Part shown: in pieces, positions 1 to 10,192 of the stretch
How the letters are laid out: the number at the start of each line of letters is the position of its first letter
How positions within the stretch are numbered: the first letter of the stretch is position 1
Assembly: GCA_963771355.1 (NCBI GenBank)
Contig: CAVYTA010000006.1
Location: 1,984,001 to 2,048,000 of the forward strand
Length of the DNA: 64,000 nt
Direction of reading: 5' to 3'
Source of the DNA: an uncultured Candidatus Rokubacteria bacterium
GTDB lineage: Bacteria; Methylomirabilota; Methylomirabilia; Rokubacteriales; CSP1-6
Translations under genes and position numbers: made by a program
Notes under the pieces: model-generated
What the model was told of the DNA's origin: nothing
The model's database searches: none
The model's input: only the letters and a program-made list of their open reading frames with translations

Positions 1-23
1 CGGATCTTCCCGGACCCGGTGGA

Positions 24-1643
24 GTGACGCGCCCCATGTCCCGAGGCATGATCTGCGCGGCACAGCCGGAATCGACCGAGGCGGGTGCGCTCGTCATGCG
101 CGCGGGCGGCAATGCGGTGGACGGCGCCATCGCCTGCGCACTGACCGCGGGCGTGGTGGACCCGATGATGACCGGCATCGCCGGGTTCGGGAGCTGCCAG
201 ATCTACCTCCCCGGCAAGGGCGTCCACGAGGTCATCGACTTCCACGGCAAGACTCCCGCGGCGGCGCGCCCCGACATGTGGGCGCATCTCATCGAGGGCG
301 AGACGCGCGACGGCTTCGGTTTCGTCCTCAAGGGGCGCGTGAACGACCTCGGCTATCAGTCCATCACGGTGCCCGGCAGCCTCAAGGCCTTTCACGAGGC
401 GCAGACCGCGTACGGCGCCCTGCCCTGGGCGCAGGTCGTCCAGCCGGCCATCGACTGGGCCGAGCGGGGCTGGCTGGTGAAGAACCACGTGGGCTACTGG
501 TGGGCGATCGAGGAGCAGCTCGGTCGCGTCGCCAACCCCGAGCGGCTGCGCTTCAGCCGGAGCGGGCGGACGCTCTACTGCCGGCCGGACGGAAGTCCCA
601 AGCGGGTCGGCGATACCGTGCGCAATCCGGAGCTGGCAGAGACGCTCCGCACGATCGCCAAGGGCGGCGCGGACGTCTTCTACCGGGGCGAGCTGGCCGA
701 GCGGATCGCCGAGGACATGCGCCGGCACGGCGGTCTCCTGTCCGCCGAGGACCTCGCCAGCTATCGCACCCGCCACCACCCGCCGCTCTGGGGCACGTTC
801 CGCGACTGGCGGCTCGCCACCAATCATCCCCCCGGCGGCGGGCTGATGCTCCTCCAGATGCTCAACATCCTGGAACAGTTCGATCTCAGGTCCCTCGAGC
901 ACAACAGCGCGGCGTATCTTCGCATCGTCTCGGAGGCGATGAAGCGGGCGGTGGCCGACAAGGAAGCGCACGTGGGCGACCCTGCCTTCGTGCAGGTGCC
1001 GGTGGACCGGCTGCTGTCGAAGGAGTACGCGAAAGCGGTGGCGGCGGAGATCCGCGCCGGCCGGCGCCTCCGCATCGACCGGGTGGGCCTCGGCGAGCCG
1101 AAGGACACCACTCACGTGGCGGTCATCGATCGCGACGGTAATGCGGTGACCATGACGCATACGCTCGGCATGCCGTCCGGCGTGATCACCGACGGGCTCG
1201 GCTTCATGTACAACGGCGCGATGAGCGTCTTCGATCCGCGGCCCGGACGGCCGGGCTCGGTGGCCCCGGGCAAGAGCCGATTCAGCGCCATCTGCCCCAC
1301 GCTGGTGTTCGGGAGCGAGGGATTGCGCGCGGCCATCGGCGCGCCGGGGGGCGCCCAGATCGCCATCGGCGTGATGCAGGGCCTGGTCAATCTTCTCGAG
1401 TTCGGCATGTCCATGTCCGACGCGGTGGCCGCCCCGCGCTTCAGCGCCACCAGCCACATCATCGACGTGACCATGCGCATCCCGACGTTTGTCACCGACG
1501 AGCTGGAGCGGGACGGTTACACGATCGCGCGCAACCCCAACACGTTCGACGTGGCCGCGGTGCACGGCATCGAGGTACGTCCGGACGGTACCCTCCACGG
1601 CGGCGCCGACCCGGGGCACGATGGGATGGCGCTGGCGGTGTAG
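24..1643 (+). CDS. ggt: Gamma-glutamyltransferase family protein (Ntn hydrolase), no signal peptide
   Basis: GGNAVDGAIA, VDPMMTGIAG, SITVPG, autocleavage site D-TTH, GAPGG; start could be ATG at 36. Confidence 0.9.
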   Translation: MTRPMSRGMICAAQPESTEAGALVMRAGGNAVDGAIACALTAGVVDPMMTGIAGFGSCQIYLPGKGVHEVIDFHGKTPAAARPDMWAHLIEGETRDGFGFVLKGRVNDLGYQSITVPGSLKAFHEAQTAYGALPWAQVVQPAIDWAERGWLVKNHVGYWWAIEEQLGRVANPERLRFSRSGRTLYCRPDGSPKRVGDTVRNPELAETLRTIAKGGADVFYRGELAERIAEDMRRHGGLLSAEDLASYRTRHHPPLWGTFRDWRLATNHPPGGGLMLLQMLNILEQFDLRSLEHNSAAYLRIVSEAMKRAVADKEAHVGDPAFVQVPVDRLLSKEYAKAVAAEIRAGRRLRIDRVGLGEPKDTTHVAVIDRDGNAVTMTHTLGMPSGVITDGLGFMYNGAMSVFDPRPGRPGSVAPGKSRFSAICPTLVFGSEGLRAAIGAPGGAQIAIGVMQGLVNLLEFGMSMSDAVAAPRFSATSHIIDVTMRIPTFVTDELERDGYTIARNPNTFDVAAVHGIEVRPDGTLHGGADPGHDGMALAV

Positions 1644-1691
1644 CGGCCCCCCGCACCCGCGCCGCGTCGCTCGCCAGTCGCGCGGGCGCCC

Positions 1692-2741
1692 TCAGTCGCT
1701 CAGCCGATACACGCGCCGTGCGGTGCCCGCGAACAGCGCCCGCTTCTCCTCGGATGAAGCTCCCGCGGCGGTACGCTTGAGCGCGTTCCACAGCGCCGCC
1801 CAGCCGATCCCCATCTTGTCGACGGGGAAATTGCTCTCGTACAGGCAGCGATCCGCGCCGAAGAGCTCGAGACAGGGCCCGATGTAGGGGTCCCAGAGGG
1901 ACGCCAGCTCGCTCGAGGACGGCGGCGCCGGCTGGCTCCGATAGTCATAGGCGGCGAGCCGCATCATCATGCCGCCGAGCTTCATGACCACGTTGGGGCA
2001 GCGCGCGAGCTCGGTCACTCCCTTCTTCCACATCGCGTAGACCTCGTCCCGCTTGCCGGCATAAGGTCCATAGCCCAGCGGACCGCCCACGTGCCCCACG
2101 ATGATGCGCGCGTCGGGGTGGGCCCGCGCCAGATCCACGATGTCGTCGAGCTGCGGATGAAACACCCACGCGTCGAGCGAGAGTCCGAGCGCGATCAACC
2201 GGGCCAGCCCGGCGCGCAAGGCGCCGTCGCGGTACAGGTGCAGCCCGGTGGCGGTCTGACTGTTGCCGATGACGGGGCTCGCGTCCCACGCCGCCGAGTG
2301 ACGCACTCCGCGAAAGCGTCCGCCGCCGGCGCGGATCAGCGCCTCCAGCACCGGCTCCACGCGGTCGCCCAGGGTGAGGTCGGCGAAGCCGACGATGCCG
2401 GCGGCGACCCGCGGAGTTCCGTAGTTGCCGCTCTCGCTCATGGCCGCGATGCCCGCCACGAACTCCGTCTCGCCCACGGGCCGCAGCGCCTCGGGTCCTC
2501 CCGCGCGATACATGGCATGACATTCCATGAACACGCTGGCCACGAGGTTGTGTCCCGTGCGGACGTCGTCCAGGAACTCGTGCAGGAGGTAGCGGTGCCC
2601 GTTCCGCTCCCACAGGTGATGGTGGGTGTCGATGATGGGGAGCTCGGGCTCGAGAATAGGCTCGGCGGGCGCCTTCGCCAGCCAGGCCTCGTCGGGGGGG
2701 TGGATCCGGCCGAACTGGGTGGGTCGCGTCGGGGCGCTCAT
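1692..2741 (-). CDS. Amidohydrolase family (Amidohydro_2) protein
   Basis: IIDTHHHLW, FRGVRH, HVGGP, ESNFPVD motifs. Confidence 0.9.
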   Translation of the reverse strand: MSAPTRPTQFGRIHPPDEAWLAKAPAEPILEPELPIIDTHHHLWERNGHRYLLHEFLDDVRTGHNLVASVFMECHAMYRAGGPEALRPVGETEFVAGIAAMSESGNYGTPRVAAGIVGFADLTLGDRVEPVLEALIRAGGGRFRGVRHSAAWDASPVIGNSQTATGLHLYRDGALRAGLARLIALGLSLDAWVFHPQLDDIVDLARAHPDARIIVGHVGGPLGYGPYAGKRDEVYAMWKKGVTELARCPNVVMKLGGMMMRLAAYDYRSQPAPPSSSELASLWDPYIGPCLELFGADRCLYESNFPVDKMGIGWAALWNALKRTAAGASSEEKRALFAGTARRVYRLSD

Positions 2742-2775
2742 GAGCCGGCAGTGTAGCCCATGCTAGGCTGGGCGC

Positions 2776-2873
2776 ATGAACATCCACGTGCTCGACGACT
2801 ATCAGGATATGTCGTCAATCCCGACGCGCTGACCATCGGGATCCGCCGGCTCGCGAACGGCCCCTTCGCCTAG
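2776..2873 (+). pseudogene. Internally deleted remnant of a D-2-hydroxyacid dehydrogenase family gene
   Basis: ATG 2776 reads MNIHVLDDYQD (family-like N-terminus) joined out of frame to VVNPDAL...TAG 2873 (family-like C-terminus); TGnTAGGCT 6 nt upstream. Confidence 0.55.
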
Positions 2874-2880
2874 CGTGGCC

Positions 2881-2912
2881 GGCGCGGCGGGCGGTGGGAT
2901 GCCCGCCGCGCC
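2881..2912. terminator. GC-rich hairpin between convergent units
   Basis: GGCGCGGCGGGC / GCCCGCCGCGCC perfect 12-bp stem, 8-nt loop; no U-tract. Confidence 0.4.
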
Positions 2913-2963
2913 TCGCCCGCCCGGCCTGCCGCGAGGTCGGCGGCGCCGGGCGGGCGCTCGCCG

Positions 2964-4220
2964 TCAGTCACACTCCAGGTGCGGGTGGCGGTTTCCGGCG
3001 CCGGTGAAGCAGGCTGCGTAGTCGGGATTCCGGAGGAGATTGAAGAGGACCCGGGCTGCCACCGCGGTGTCCGCGAAATCGGAGAACACCCCGTCGACAC
3101 CGAGCTGGTAGAGCTGCAGGTACTCGTTGACGGGATCGCCCTTGTAGTCCGAGACCAGGCGCCGCTGCTCGTTGCGGAAGGTCCACGTGTGCACGACGAG
3201 CCCATGCTGATGCGCGCGGGTGATCAGGTCGGTGGGGGGGAGAAGCTTCCGGTCGGCCTCGTTCACGATGCCGTCGCCATTCTCGTCGCCGATGTTGCCG
3301 TCCCCGTTCAGATCCACCGCCGCCGTGCTGACGATGTAGCGCTTCCACGGCCCGATGCCGTCCGCGTACGTCCGGATCTCGCCGAGCCCCTCGTTGGTGG
3401 TGAAGAAGTCGAACCGCCGGGCGAGGAGCTCGGGCTTGCCGGAGACGGTCCAGTCGTACGGCCGATCGAACGGAGCGGTGAAGTCGAGACTGCCGTCTGG
3501 ATTCACATCGTTGGCGTCGACCAGCTGCACCAGCCTCACCGGAGTCAGCTTCCGCAGCTTCTTGAGGTTCGACTGCTCGAAGGACTGGATGAAGACCAGC
3601 GCTTCGCGACGGTTCAGGCCCGTGACCCGCAGGGTCCGGACGAGCGGCTCCTCGAGGGGAAGGCCCAGCGCCTCGTGATAGGTCGGGTGCTTGGTCTCGG
3701 GATAGATACCGATGGTGCGGTCCTTCTCCTTCGACTTCCCCTTGACGAGCTCGATGACCTCCGCCAGGGTCGGGATCTGGAACTTGCCGTTGAACTGCTG
3801 CGGCCGCTCGCCGAAGGCCTGGACCGCGCGCAGAGTCTTGATCTCGGCGAGGGTGAAGTCCGACGCGAACCAGCCCTGCTCCGGGAAGCCGTCGACGATC
3901 GCGGTGCGGAAGCGGCCGGCGAACTCGGGCCGGTCCTTCACATCGGTGGTCGCGATCAGGTTGGGCTCGTGTCGGGCAATGAGGTGGCCGTCCTTCGTCG
4001 ACACCAGGTCGGGCTCCACGTAATCGGCGCCCAGCTCGATGGCGAGGGCATAGCTCTCCAAGGTGTGCTCGGGCAGATACCCGCCGGCTCCCCGGTGCCC
4101 GATGACGAGCGGGGAGGAGGGCTCGCCGCGCGAGTCGGCGATGGCTGGCGCGACGCTGAGCATCGCGACGGCGAGGGTGACCAGCACTCTCCACAGGCGC
4201 TGACGGGGGCGGGTCCGCAT
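2964..4220 (-). CDS. glpQ: Secreted glycerophosphodiester phosphodiesterase
   Basis: Sec-like signal, [46 protein letters not shown]. Confidence 0.92.
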   Translation of the reverse strand: MRTRPRQRLWRVLVTLAVAMLSVAPAIADSRGEPSSPLVIGHRGAGGYLPEHTLESYALAIELGADYVEPDLVSTKDGHLIARHEPNLIATTDVKDRPEFAGRFRTAIVDGFPEQGWFASDFTLAEIKTLRAVQAFGERPQQFNGKFQIPTLAEVIELVKGKSKEKDRTIGIYPETKHPTYHEALGLPLEEPLVRTLRVTGLNRREALVFIQSFEQSNLKKLRKLTPVRLVQLVDANDVNPDGSLDFTAPFDRPYDWTVSGKPELLARRFDFFTTNEGLGEIRTYADGIGPWKRYIVSTAAVDLNGDGNIGDENGDGIVNEADRKLLPPTDLITRAHQHGLVVHTWTFRNEQRRLVSDYKGDPVNEYLQLYQLGVDGVFSDFADTAVAARVLFNLLRNPDYAACFTGAGNRHPHLECD

Positions 4221-4397
4221 GACGTGCCTCCTTGGGTATGGGGTGAACTCGCCCAGGGTGGCCCCGCCGGCGTTGACGTTGCTATGAAGCTTCGATCACG
4301 GGACGCCGACGCGGCCGGCATCTCGCCGGTGATGCGGGGGCCTTGCCGGCCCCCCTATACTGGGAGGCGACGGAACACGAGGGGGAGGTAGCGCGAC

Positions 4398-4865
4398 ATG
4401 ACGACCTTCAACGTGAACGGACGTGCGGTGTCCGTGTCGGCCGATCCGGACAAGCCCCTCCTCTGGGTGCTCCGCGAGGACCTCGGGCTCACCGGCACCA
4501 AGTTCGGCTGCGGCATGGCGCTCTGCGGCGCCTGCACCGTGCATGTCGACGGCTCGCCCGTCCGGTCCTGCGTGACGCCGCTGGCCGCGGCCGGCGGCAA
4601 GCGCGTCACCACCATCGAGGGCCTGGCGCGTGGCGAGCGGCTGCACCCGCTGCAGGAGGCCTTCATCGAGCAGGACGTGCCTCAGTGCGGCTACTGCCAG
4701 TCCGGGCAGGTCATGAGCGCGGCCGCGCTCCTCGCCAAGCAGCGAAACCCCACCGACGCGGACATCGACGCGGCCATGAGCGGGAATATCTGTCGCTGCG
4801 GCACCTATCAGCGCATCCGCGCGGCGATCAAGCAGGCGGCGGCCCGCATGGGAAAGGGGGCCTGA
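4398..4865 (+). CDS. iorA: 2x[2Fe-2S] small subunit, isoquinoline/aldehyde oxidoreductase type
   Basis: [38 protein letters not shown]. Confidence 0.93.
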   Translation: MTTFNVNGRAVSVSADPDKPLLWVLREDLGLTGTKFGCGMALCGACTVHVDGSPVRSCVTPLAAAGGKRVTTIEGLARGERLHPLQEAFIEQDVPQCGYCQSGQVMSAAALLAKQRNPTDADIDAAMSGNICRCGTYQRIRAAIKQAAARMGKGA

Positions 4866-4866
4866 G

Positions 4867-7023
4867 ATGGCACTCCGGCCCTCGCGTCGCGACTTCCTGG
4901 GAACGGCCGCGCTCTCCGGCGGCATTCTGCTCGGCTTCCGCCTGCCCGTCCTCGCCCAGTCCCCTGCCCCCGGCGCCGCGGCGACCGCCGGCGACTTCTC
5001 GCCCAACGCCTTCATCCGCATCAGCCGGCAGAACGTCGTCACAATTCTCGTGAACAAGTCGGAGATGGGACAGGGCATCTACACGTCCCTCCCCATGCTC
5101 ATCGCCGAGGAGCTCGAGGTGGAGCTCGCGAAGGTGAAGGTGGCGGCGGCACCGGTGGGCGCGGCCTATGGGCACCCGGAGTTCGGCATGCAGTTCACCG
5201 GTGGCAGCATGAGCATCGCCAGCGAGTGGGAGCGTCTGCGCCGGGCGGGCGCGACCGCGCGCGAGATGCTGCTGACCGCGGCGGCGGACACGTGGAAGGT
5301 GGACCGGGCCACGCTGCGCGCGGAGAACGGCCGCGTGCTGGGGCCCGGCGGCCGCTCGCTCACCTACGGCCAGCTCGTGGACAAGGCCCGCACGGTGCCC
5401 GTGCCCGCGAACGTCCCCCTCAAGGACCCGTCGCAGTTCAAGATCATCGGCAAGCCCACGCGCCGCCTCGACAGCCGCGCGAAGGTGACCGGAGAGGCCA
5501 CCTTCGGGCTCGATGCGACGGTGCCCGGCATGCTCGTGGCCCTGGTGGCGCGGCCACCCGTGTTCGGCGGCACCGTGAAGCAGCTCGCCGCCGACCGCGC
5601 GCGGGCGGTGCGCGGCGTCAAGCAGGTGCTCCAGGTGCCCTCGGGCGTGGCCGTCGTCGCCGACTCATTCTGGGCGGCCAAGAAGGGGCGCGACGCGCTC
5701 GAGATCGACTGGGAGTCCGGGCCGGCCTCGGCCGTCGACACCGACAGCCTGCAGGCAGACTACGCGCGCCTTGCGAAGACGCCGGGCGCCCGCGTCAGCC
5801 GCGTCGGGGACGTGGAGGCCGCGCTGGGAACGGCCGCGAAGCGAGTCAGCGCCGAATACGACATGCCCTACCTCGCGCATGCGCCGATGGAGCCGCTCAA
5901 CTGCCTGGTCTCGCTCGCGCCGGATCGGTGCCAGATCTGGACCGGCACCCAGTTCCAGACGGTGGACCAGGCGAACGCCGCGCGGGCGGCGGGACTCAGG
6001 CCCGAGCAGGTCGAGATCAATACGCTCTTCCTCGGCGGCGGCTTCGGCCGGCGGGCCACGCCCAGCTCGGACTTCATCGTGGAGGCCGTCCACGTCGCCA
6101 AGGCGGCCGGCGCGCCCGTCAAGACCATCTGGACGCGAGAGGACGATCTCCGGGGCGGCTACTATCGCCCGATGTGGAATTCGGCCATCAGCGCCGGGCT
6201 CGACGCGGGCGGCAAGCCCGTTGCCTGGAAGCACACGATCGTCGGCCAGTCCGTCACCGAAGGCACCCCGTTCGCCGGGGCCACGATCAAGGACGGCGTC
6301 GACCAGACGTCAGTGGAAGGCGCGGCGGTTCTTCCCTACACCGTGCCCGCCATCGCGGTCGATCTCCACAGCCCGAAGTCGGTGGTGCCGGTGCTCTGGT
6401 GGCGCTCCGTCGGCCACACCCATACCGGCTTCGTGGTGGAGAGCTTCATGGACGAGCTCGCGCAAGCCGCCGGCAAGGATCCCTACCAGTTCCGCCGCGA
6501 GCTGCTCGCGGGCCACCCTCGTCACCTGGGCGTGCTCGACCTCGCGGCGCAGCGAGCGGGCTGGGGCACGCCGCCGCCCGCGGGTCAGGCCCGCGGCATC
6601 GCCGTCCACTCATCCTTCGGGAGCTGGTGCGCCCAGGTCGCGGAAGTCTCGCTCCGCGACAAGGCGATCCGGGTGCATCGGGTGGTCTGCGCCATCGACT
6701 GCGGCCGGGCCATCAACCCCGAGACCATCCGCGCGCAGATGGAGGGCGGCATTGTCTTCGGCCTCTCGGCGGCGCTCTACGGGCAGATCACCCTGAAGCA
6801 GGGGCGCGTCCAGCAGTCGAACTTCCACGACTACCCGGTGCTGCGCATGGACGCCATGCCGAAGGTGGAGGTGCACATCGTGCCGAGCACGGAGAAGCCC
6901 TCGGGCATCGGCGAACCCGGCACGCCGCTCATGGCGGCGGCGCTGTGCAATGCGCTCTTCGCCTTGACCGGCCGGCGCCTCCGCTCGCTGCCCCTCGTTC
7001 GCCACGGCTTCGAGTCCGCCTGA
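4867..7023 (+). CDS. iorB: Molybdopterin-binding large subunit (IorB type) with Tat signal
   Basis: SRRDFL twin-arginine, SEMGQG, HAPMEP, GGGFGRR, WWRSVG, GIGEPG. Confidence 0.93.
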   Translation: MALRPSRRDFLGTAALSGGILLGFRLPVLAQSPAPGAAATAGDFSPNAFIRISRQNVVTILVNKSEMGQGIYTSLPMLIAEELEVELAKVKVAAAPVGAAYGHPEFGMQFTGGSMSIASEWERLRRAGATAREMLLTAAADTWKVDRATLRAENGRVLGPGGRSLTYGQLVDKARTVPVPANVPLKDPSQFKIIGKPTRRLDSRAKVTGEATFGLDATVPGMLVALVARPPVFGGTVKQLAADRARAVRGVKQVLQVPSGVAVVADSFWAAKKGRDALEIDWESGPASAVDTDSLQADYARLAKTPGARVSRVGDVEAALGTAAKRVSAEYDMPYLAHAPMEPLNCLVSLAPDRCQIWTGTQFQTVDQANAARAAGLRPEQVEINTLFLGGGFGRRATPSSDFIVEAVHVAKAAGAPVKTIWTREDDLRGGYYRPMWNSAISAGLDAGGKPVAWKHTIVGQSVTEGTPFAGATIKDGVDQTSVEGAAVLPYTVPAIAVDLHSPKSVVPVLWWRSVGHTHTGFVVESFMDELAQAAGKDPYQFRRELLAGHPRHLGVLDLAAQRAGWGTPPPAGQARGIAVHSSFGSWCAQVAEVSLRDKAIRVHRVVCAIDCGRAINPETIRAQMEGGIVFGLSAALYGQITLKQGRVQQSNFHDYPVLRMDAMPKVEVHIVPSTEKPSGIGEPGTPLMAAALCNALFALTGRRLRSLPLVRHGFESA

Positions 7024-7037
7024 GGAGGTCACGGTCC

Positions 7038-7616
7038 ATGCGACCCTGGAAGCGACTGATCCCCGCCGGCCTGCTGGGCGGCGCCCTCGTGCTCTTCAGC
7101 GCGAGCGCGGCGGGCGCCCAGACCGACGCCGCGAAGCGCGAGGAATCGGAGCGGGCCTTCGCCCGCATCGCCGAGGTGCTCCGCCATCCCCGCTGCATGA
7201 ACTGCCATCCCGTCGGCGACTCCCCGCGCCAGACCGACGATCGACACCTCCATCGCATGCTGGTCGCGCGCGGTCCCGACGATCGCGGTACGCCGGCCAT
7301 GCGTTGCACCACCTGCCATCAGACCGTCAATACCGCCGATGGCCGGGTGCCCGGCGCGCCCCACTGGCACCTGGCCCCGCGCCGCATGGGCTGGGAAGGA
7401 TTGAGCGACGGCGAGCTCTGCCGTGCCCTCAAGGATCCCAAGCGAAACGGCGGGCGATCCATCCCCGCCCTCGTTCAGCACATGACGTCGGACGCGCTCG
7501 TGCAGTGGGCGTGGAATCCCGGCCTCCGCTCCCTGCCTCCGCTGTCCCAGCACGAGTTCCACGAGATCGTAAAGGGCTGGGCGGCCTCCGGCGCCGCCTG
7601 CCCGTCATCGGGGTGA
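7038..7616 (+). CDS. Secreted diheme c-type cytochrome associated with IorAB
   Basis: GAGGAGG RBS, signal peptide, CMNCH and CTTCH, PGAPHWHLAP. Confidence 0.85.
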   Translation: MRPWKRLIPAGLLGGALVLFSASAAGAQTDAAKREESERAFARIAEVLRHPRCMNCHPVGDSPRQTDDRHLHRMLVARGPDDRGTPAMRCTTCHQTVNTADGRVPGAPHWHLAPRRMGWEGLSDGELCRALKDPKRNGGRSIPALVQHMTSDALVQWAWNPGLRSLPPLSQHEFHEIVKGWAASGAACPSSG

Positions 7617-7694
7617 CATACGAGGGTGACGCAAGAGGGCTGACGTAAAAGTCTTGGCGCCAAGGGGCCGCGGGCTCACACTGGCGCCAAGGGG
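7611..7694. repeat. Cluster of short repeats upstream of the zinc-ribbon gene
   Basis: Three GGG(C)TGAC units about 13 nt apart (7611-7650); palindrome CTTGGCGCCAAG 7653-7664; TGGCGCCAAGGGG at 7655 and 7682. Confidence 0.5.
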
Positions 7695-7702
7695 GGCGAG
7701 CC

Positions 7703-7861
7703 ATGGTCATACGCGTTCGCGAACCCGGGATCGGCTCGGTGACCTGTCCGGACTGTGGGCACCAGATGCGGCGGACGGACATGATCCTCGAGGGGGATCA
7801 GCTCGTCATGCACCTGGAGTGCCCGGCCTGCGGCTACAGGCGGAAGCGCGTGCTCTCCTAG
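7703..7861 (+). CDS. 52-aa zinc-ribbon protein (absent from ORF track)
   Basis: MVIRVREPGIGSVTCPDCGHQMRRTDMILEGDQLVMHLECPACGYRRKRVLS; two CPxCG knuckles, GC3-rich codons, purine-rich RBS. Confidence 0.75.
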   Translation: MVIRVREPGIGSVTCPDCGHQMRRTDMILEGDQLVMHLECPACGYRRKRVLS

Positions 7862-8709
7862 ATCAGGGACCACCTCGACGCCGCGCCGCTGACCTTCTCC
7901 TCGCGCACGCGCTGCTCCGCGGCCAGCTTCTTGAGGTGCGAGTGCACGGACTGGCCCGCCATGAGGTGCAGCGCCTCGGGCACGTCCTTGTAGATCACCT
8001 TGACCATCTCGGGGATGGTGCGCGTCCCCGTCCCCATCACCTCGAGGATCTGGCGCTCCCGCTGGAGCCGGTGGTCGATGTACTCCTGGATCTTCGCCTT
8101 GGCGTTCTCGATCACCGGTCCGTGCGCGGGATAGATGCGCTCGACGTCGAGCTTCTGGATGCGGCGCAGCGAGGCCATGTACTGGACGAGGTCGCCGTCG
8201 TCTTCGGGGATCACGGTGGTGGAGCCGCCCAGGACCACGTCGCCGGTGAAGAGCGCCCGGGTCTCGGGCACGTAGTAGCAGAGGTGGTCGGAGGCATGCC
8301 CCGGCGTGTGGATGGGCACCAGCGTGACCCCGTCGGCCTCCACCTTCTGGCCGTCGCGCAGATCCGTGATGCCGGCCGGCAAGTCGGTGTCCTTGTGGAT
8401 CATCTTGGACACGGGGGTGCCCGGGTACTGGACGAGAAGGTCCTTCACCCCGCCCAGATGATCCTTGTGGCGGTGGGTGAGGAGCACGCGCGCCGGCTTG
8501 CGCCAGCCGCGCTCCGCCATGTAGGTCTCCAGCAGCGGCATCCACCCGGCCACGCCCACCCCGGTGTCGATCAGGACGGGCTCGCGGTCGCCCACGAGAT
8601 AGGTATTCGTGCCGGGCCCCGTCATCATGCCGGGGTTCAGGCCGAGCACACGGCCTACCCAGTCGGCGGGAGTGGCCGTCTTCGGAAAATCCGGATCGAT
8701 CCAGGGCAT
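7858..8709 (-). CDS. MBL-fold metallohydrolase (LACTB2-like, C-terminal winged helix)
   Basis: NPGMMTGPGTNTY, THRHKDH, TPGHASDH, FTGD, PAHG. Confidence 0.9.
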   Translation of the reverse strand: MPWIDPDFPKTATPADWVGRVLGLNPGMMTGPGTNTYLVGDREPVLIDTGVGVAGWMPLLETYMAERGWRKPARVLLTHRHKDHLGGVKDLLVQYPGTPVSKMIHKDTDLPAGITDLRDGQKVEADGVTLVPIHTPGHASDHLCYYVPETRALFTGDVVLGGSTTVIPEDDGDLVQYMASLRRIQKLDVERIYPAHGPVIENAKAKIQEYIDHRLQRERQILEVMGTGTRTIPEMVKVIYKDVPEALHLMAGQSVHSHLKKLAAEQRVREEKVSGAASRWSLI

Positions 8710-8750
8710 GGGATTCCTTTCCGGGCTCCAGGGCCGCGGGCTAAGCCACG

Positions 8751-9449
8751 CTAGGCCACACCGAGATAGCGGCGCTTCACGTCCTCGTTCGCCTCCAGGC
8801 CGGCCGGCGTCCCCTCGTAGACGATCTGCCCCTTGTTCACCACGTATACTCGGTCCGCCACCTGCAGCGCCAGGTGATAGTTCTGCTCGACGAGAAGTAT
8901 GGACAGCCGCTCCCCCTTGAGCCGCTTCACCACCTGGCCGATCTCCCGCACGATGAGGGGGGCCAGGCCCTCGGACGGCTCGTCCAGGAGCAGCAAGCGG
9001 CCATTGGTGAGGAGCGCGCGCCCGATGGCCAGCATCTGCTGCTCGCCGCCGGACAGCGTACCGCCGGCCTGGTCCGCCCGCTCGCGCAGCCGCGGGAAGA
9101 GCGCGAAGACCCGATCGAGCGTCCAGCCGGCGGCGCGGGCCCCCAGCGTCAGGTTCTCGCGCACGCTGAGCGGCGCGAAGATCCGGCGGCCCTGGGGCAC
9201 CAGTGCGATGCCGCGGCGAGCGATCCGATGCGCGGGCCAGGCCTCGATGGCGGCGCCGTCGAAGACGATGCGGCCGGCGCGCGGCGGCGTGAAGCCCACG
9301 ATGCTCCGGATCACCGTGGTCTTCCCCGCCCCGTTGCGGCCGAGTAGCGCCACCGCCTCGCCGGCGCCCACGGTCAGCGAGACGCCGTGGAGCACGTGGC
9401 TCTCGCCGTAGTAGGTCTGGATGCCCTCGACCTCCAGCATGGCGCTCAT
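8751..9449 (-). CDS. HAAT-family ABC ATPase (LivF-like)
   Basis: GRNGAGKTT, LSGGEQQ, LLLDEPSEGLAP. Confidence 0.93.
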   Translation of the reverse strand: MSAMLEVEGIQTYYGESHVLHGVSLTVGAGEAVALLGRNGAGKTTVIRSIVGFTPPRAGRIVFDGAAIEAWPAHRIARRGIALVPQGRRIFAPLSVRENLTLGARAAGWTLDRVFALFPRLRERADQAGGTLSGGEQQMLAIGRALLTNGRLLLLDEPSEGLAPLIVREIGQVVKRLKGERLSILLVEQNYHLALQVADRVYVVNKGQIVYEGTPAGLEANEDVKRRYLGVA

Positions 9450-10192
9450 GCCGAGCCCAGGTAGACCTCGTACACGCGTGGGTCCGCCTTGACCTCGGCG
9501 AACGAGCCCTCGGTGAGGACCTCGCCGTAATGGAGCACGGTGACGCGGTCGGCGAGCGAGGCCACCACGTCCATGTCGTGCTCGATGATGAGGAGGGTCA
9601 CCTCGCGCGGCAGCCCTTCCAGCATCCGCGTCATCCGCAGCGTCTCCTCCGGCGACATGCCCGCGGTGGGCTCATCAAGGAGAAGCAGCCGTGGTGCCGT
9701 GGCCAGCGCCACCCCCACCTCGAGCTGGCGCTGCTCGCCATAGGAGAGCTGGCCGGCGAGGGCGTCGAGGCGCTCGGTGAGCCCCACCGCCTCGGCCGTT
9801 TCCCGCGCGCGCTCCAGCGGGGCGCGGAGCCCGCCCACGCGGCCGAGAAGATTCCAGCTCCCCTGCCCGTCCGCGGCCGCGGCCAGGCGAAGGTTCTCTC
9901 GCACCGGCAGGCGCGGGAATAGGTTGTTGCGCTGGAACGACCGCGCCAGCCCCCGCCGGGCCACGACGTGGGGGGGAAGGCCCGTGATGGGCTGGCCACC
10001 GAGGACGATGCGTCCCGCACTCGGCGGCAGCTGCCCGGTGATGAGGTTGAAGAGCGTGGTCTTCCCGGCGCCGTTGGGTCCGATGATGGCGCGCCGCTCG
10101 CGCGCGGTGACCGCGAGGGAGACGCCGTTGACGGCGGCGAGGGCCCCGAACCGGCGGGTCACTCCCTCCAGGGCGAGGAGGGTGTCGCTCAC
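9446..10192 (-). CDS. HAAT-family ABC ATPase (LivG-like)
   Basis: GPNGAGKTT, LSYGEQR, LLLDEPTAG, IEHDM; GTG overlaps upstream stop. Confidence 0.92.
   Translation of the reverse strand: MSDTLLALEGVTRRFGALAAVNGVSLAVTARERRAIIGPNGAGKTTLFNLITGQLPPSAGRIVLGGQPITGLPPHVVARRGLARSFQRNNLFPRLPVRENLRLAAAADGQGSWNLLGRVGGLRAPLERARETAEAVGLTERLDALAGQLSYGEQRQLEVGVALATAPRLLLLDEPTAGMSPEETLRMTRMLEGLPREVTLLIIEHDMDVVASLADRVTVLHYGEVLTEGSFAEVKADPRVYEVYLGSA

Noticed and set aside
24..1643. GGT as an oxamate amidohydrolase linked to the FdrA cluster
   Set aside because: About 50 kb apart with no sequence feature that assigns substrate
4221..4397. Hairpins in the glpQ-iorA spacer as a molybdenum-cofactor riboswitch
   Set aside because: No recognisable conserved Moco motif; the stem lies upstream of the likely -10 (TATACT 4356) and would not be transcribed with iorA
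5226..7616. 796-aa ORF apparently fusing a long N-terminus to the cytochrome
   Set aside because: The first ~600 codons are an off-frame read of iorB; the real gene starts at ATG 7038 after a strong RBS
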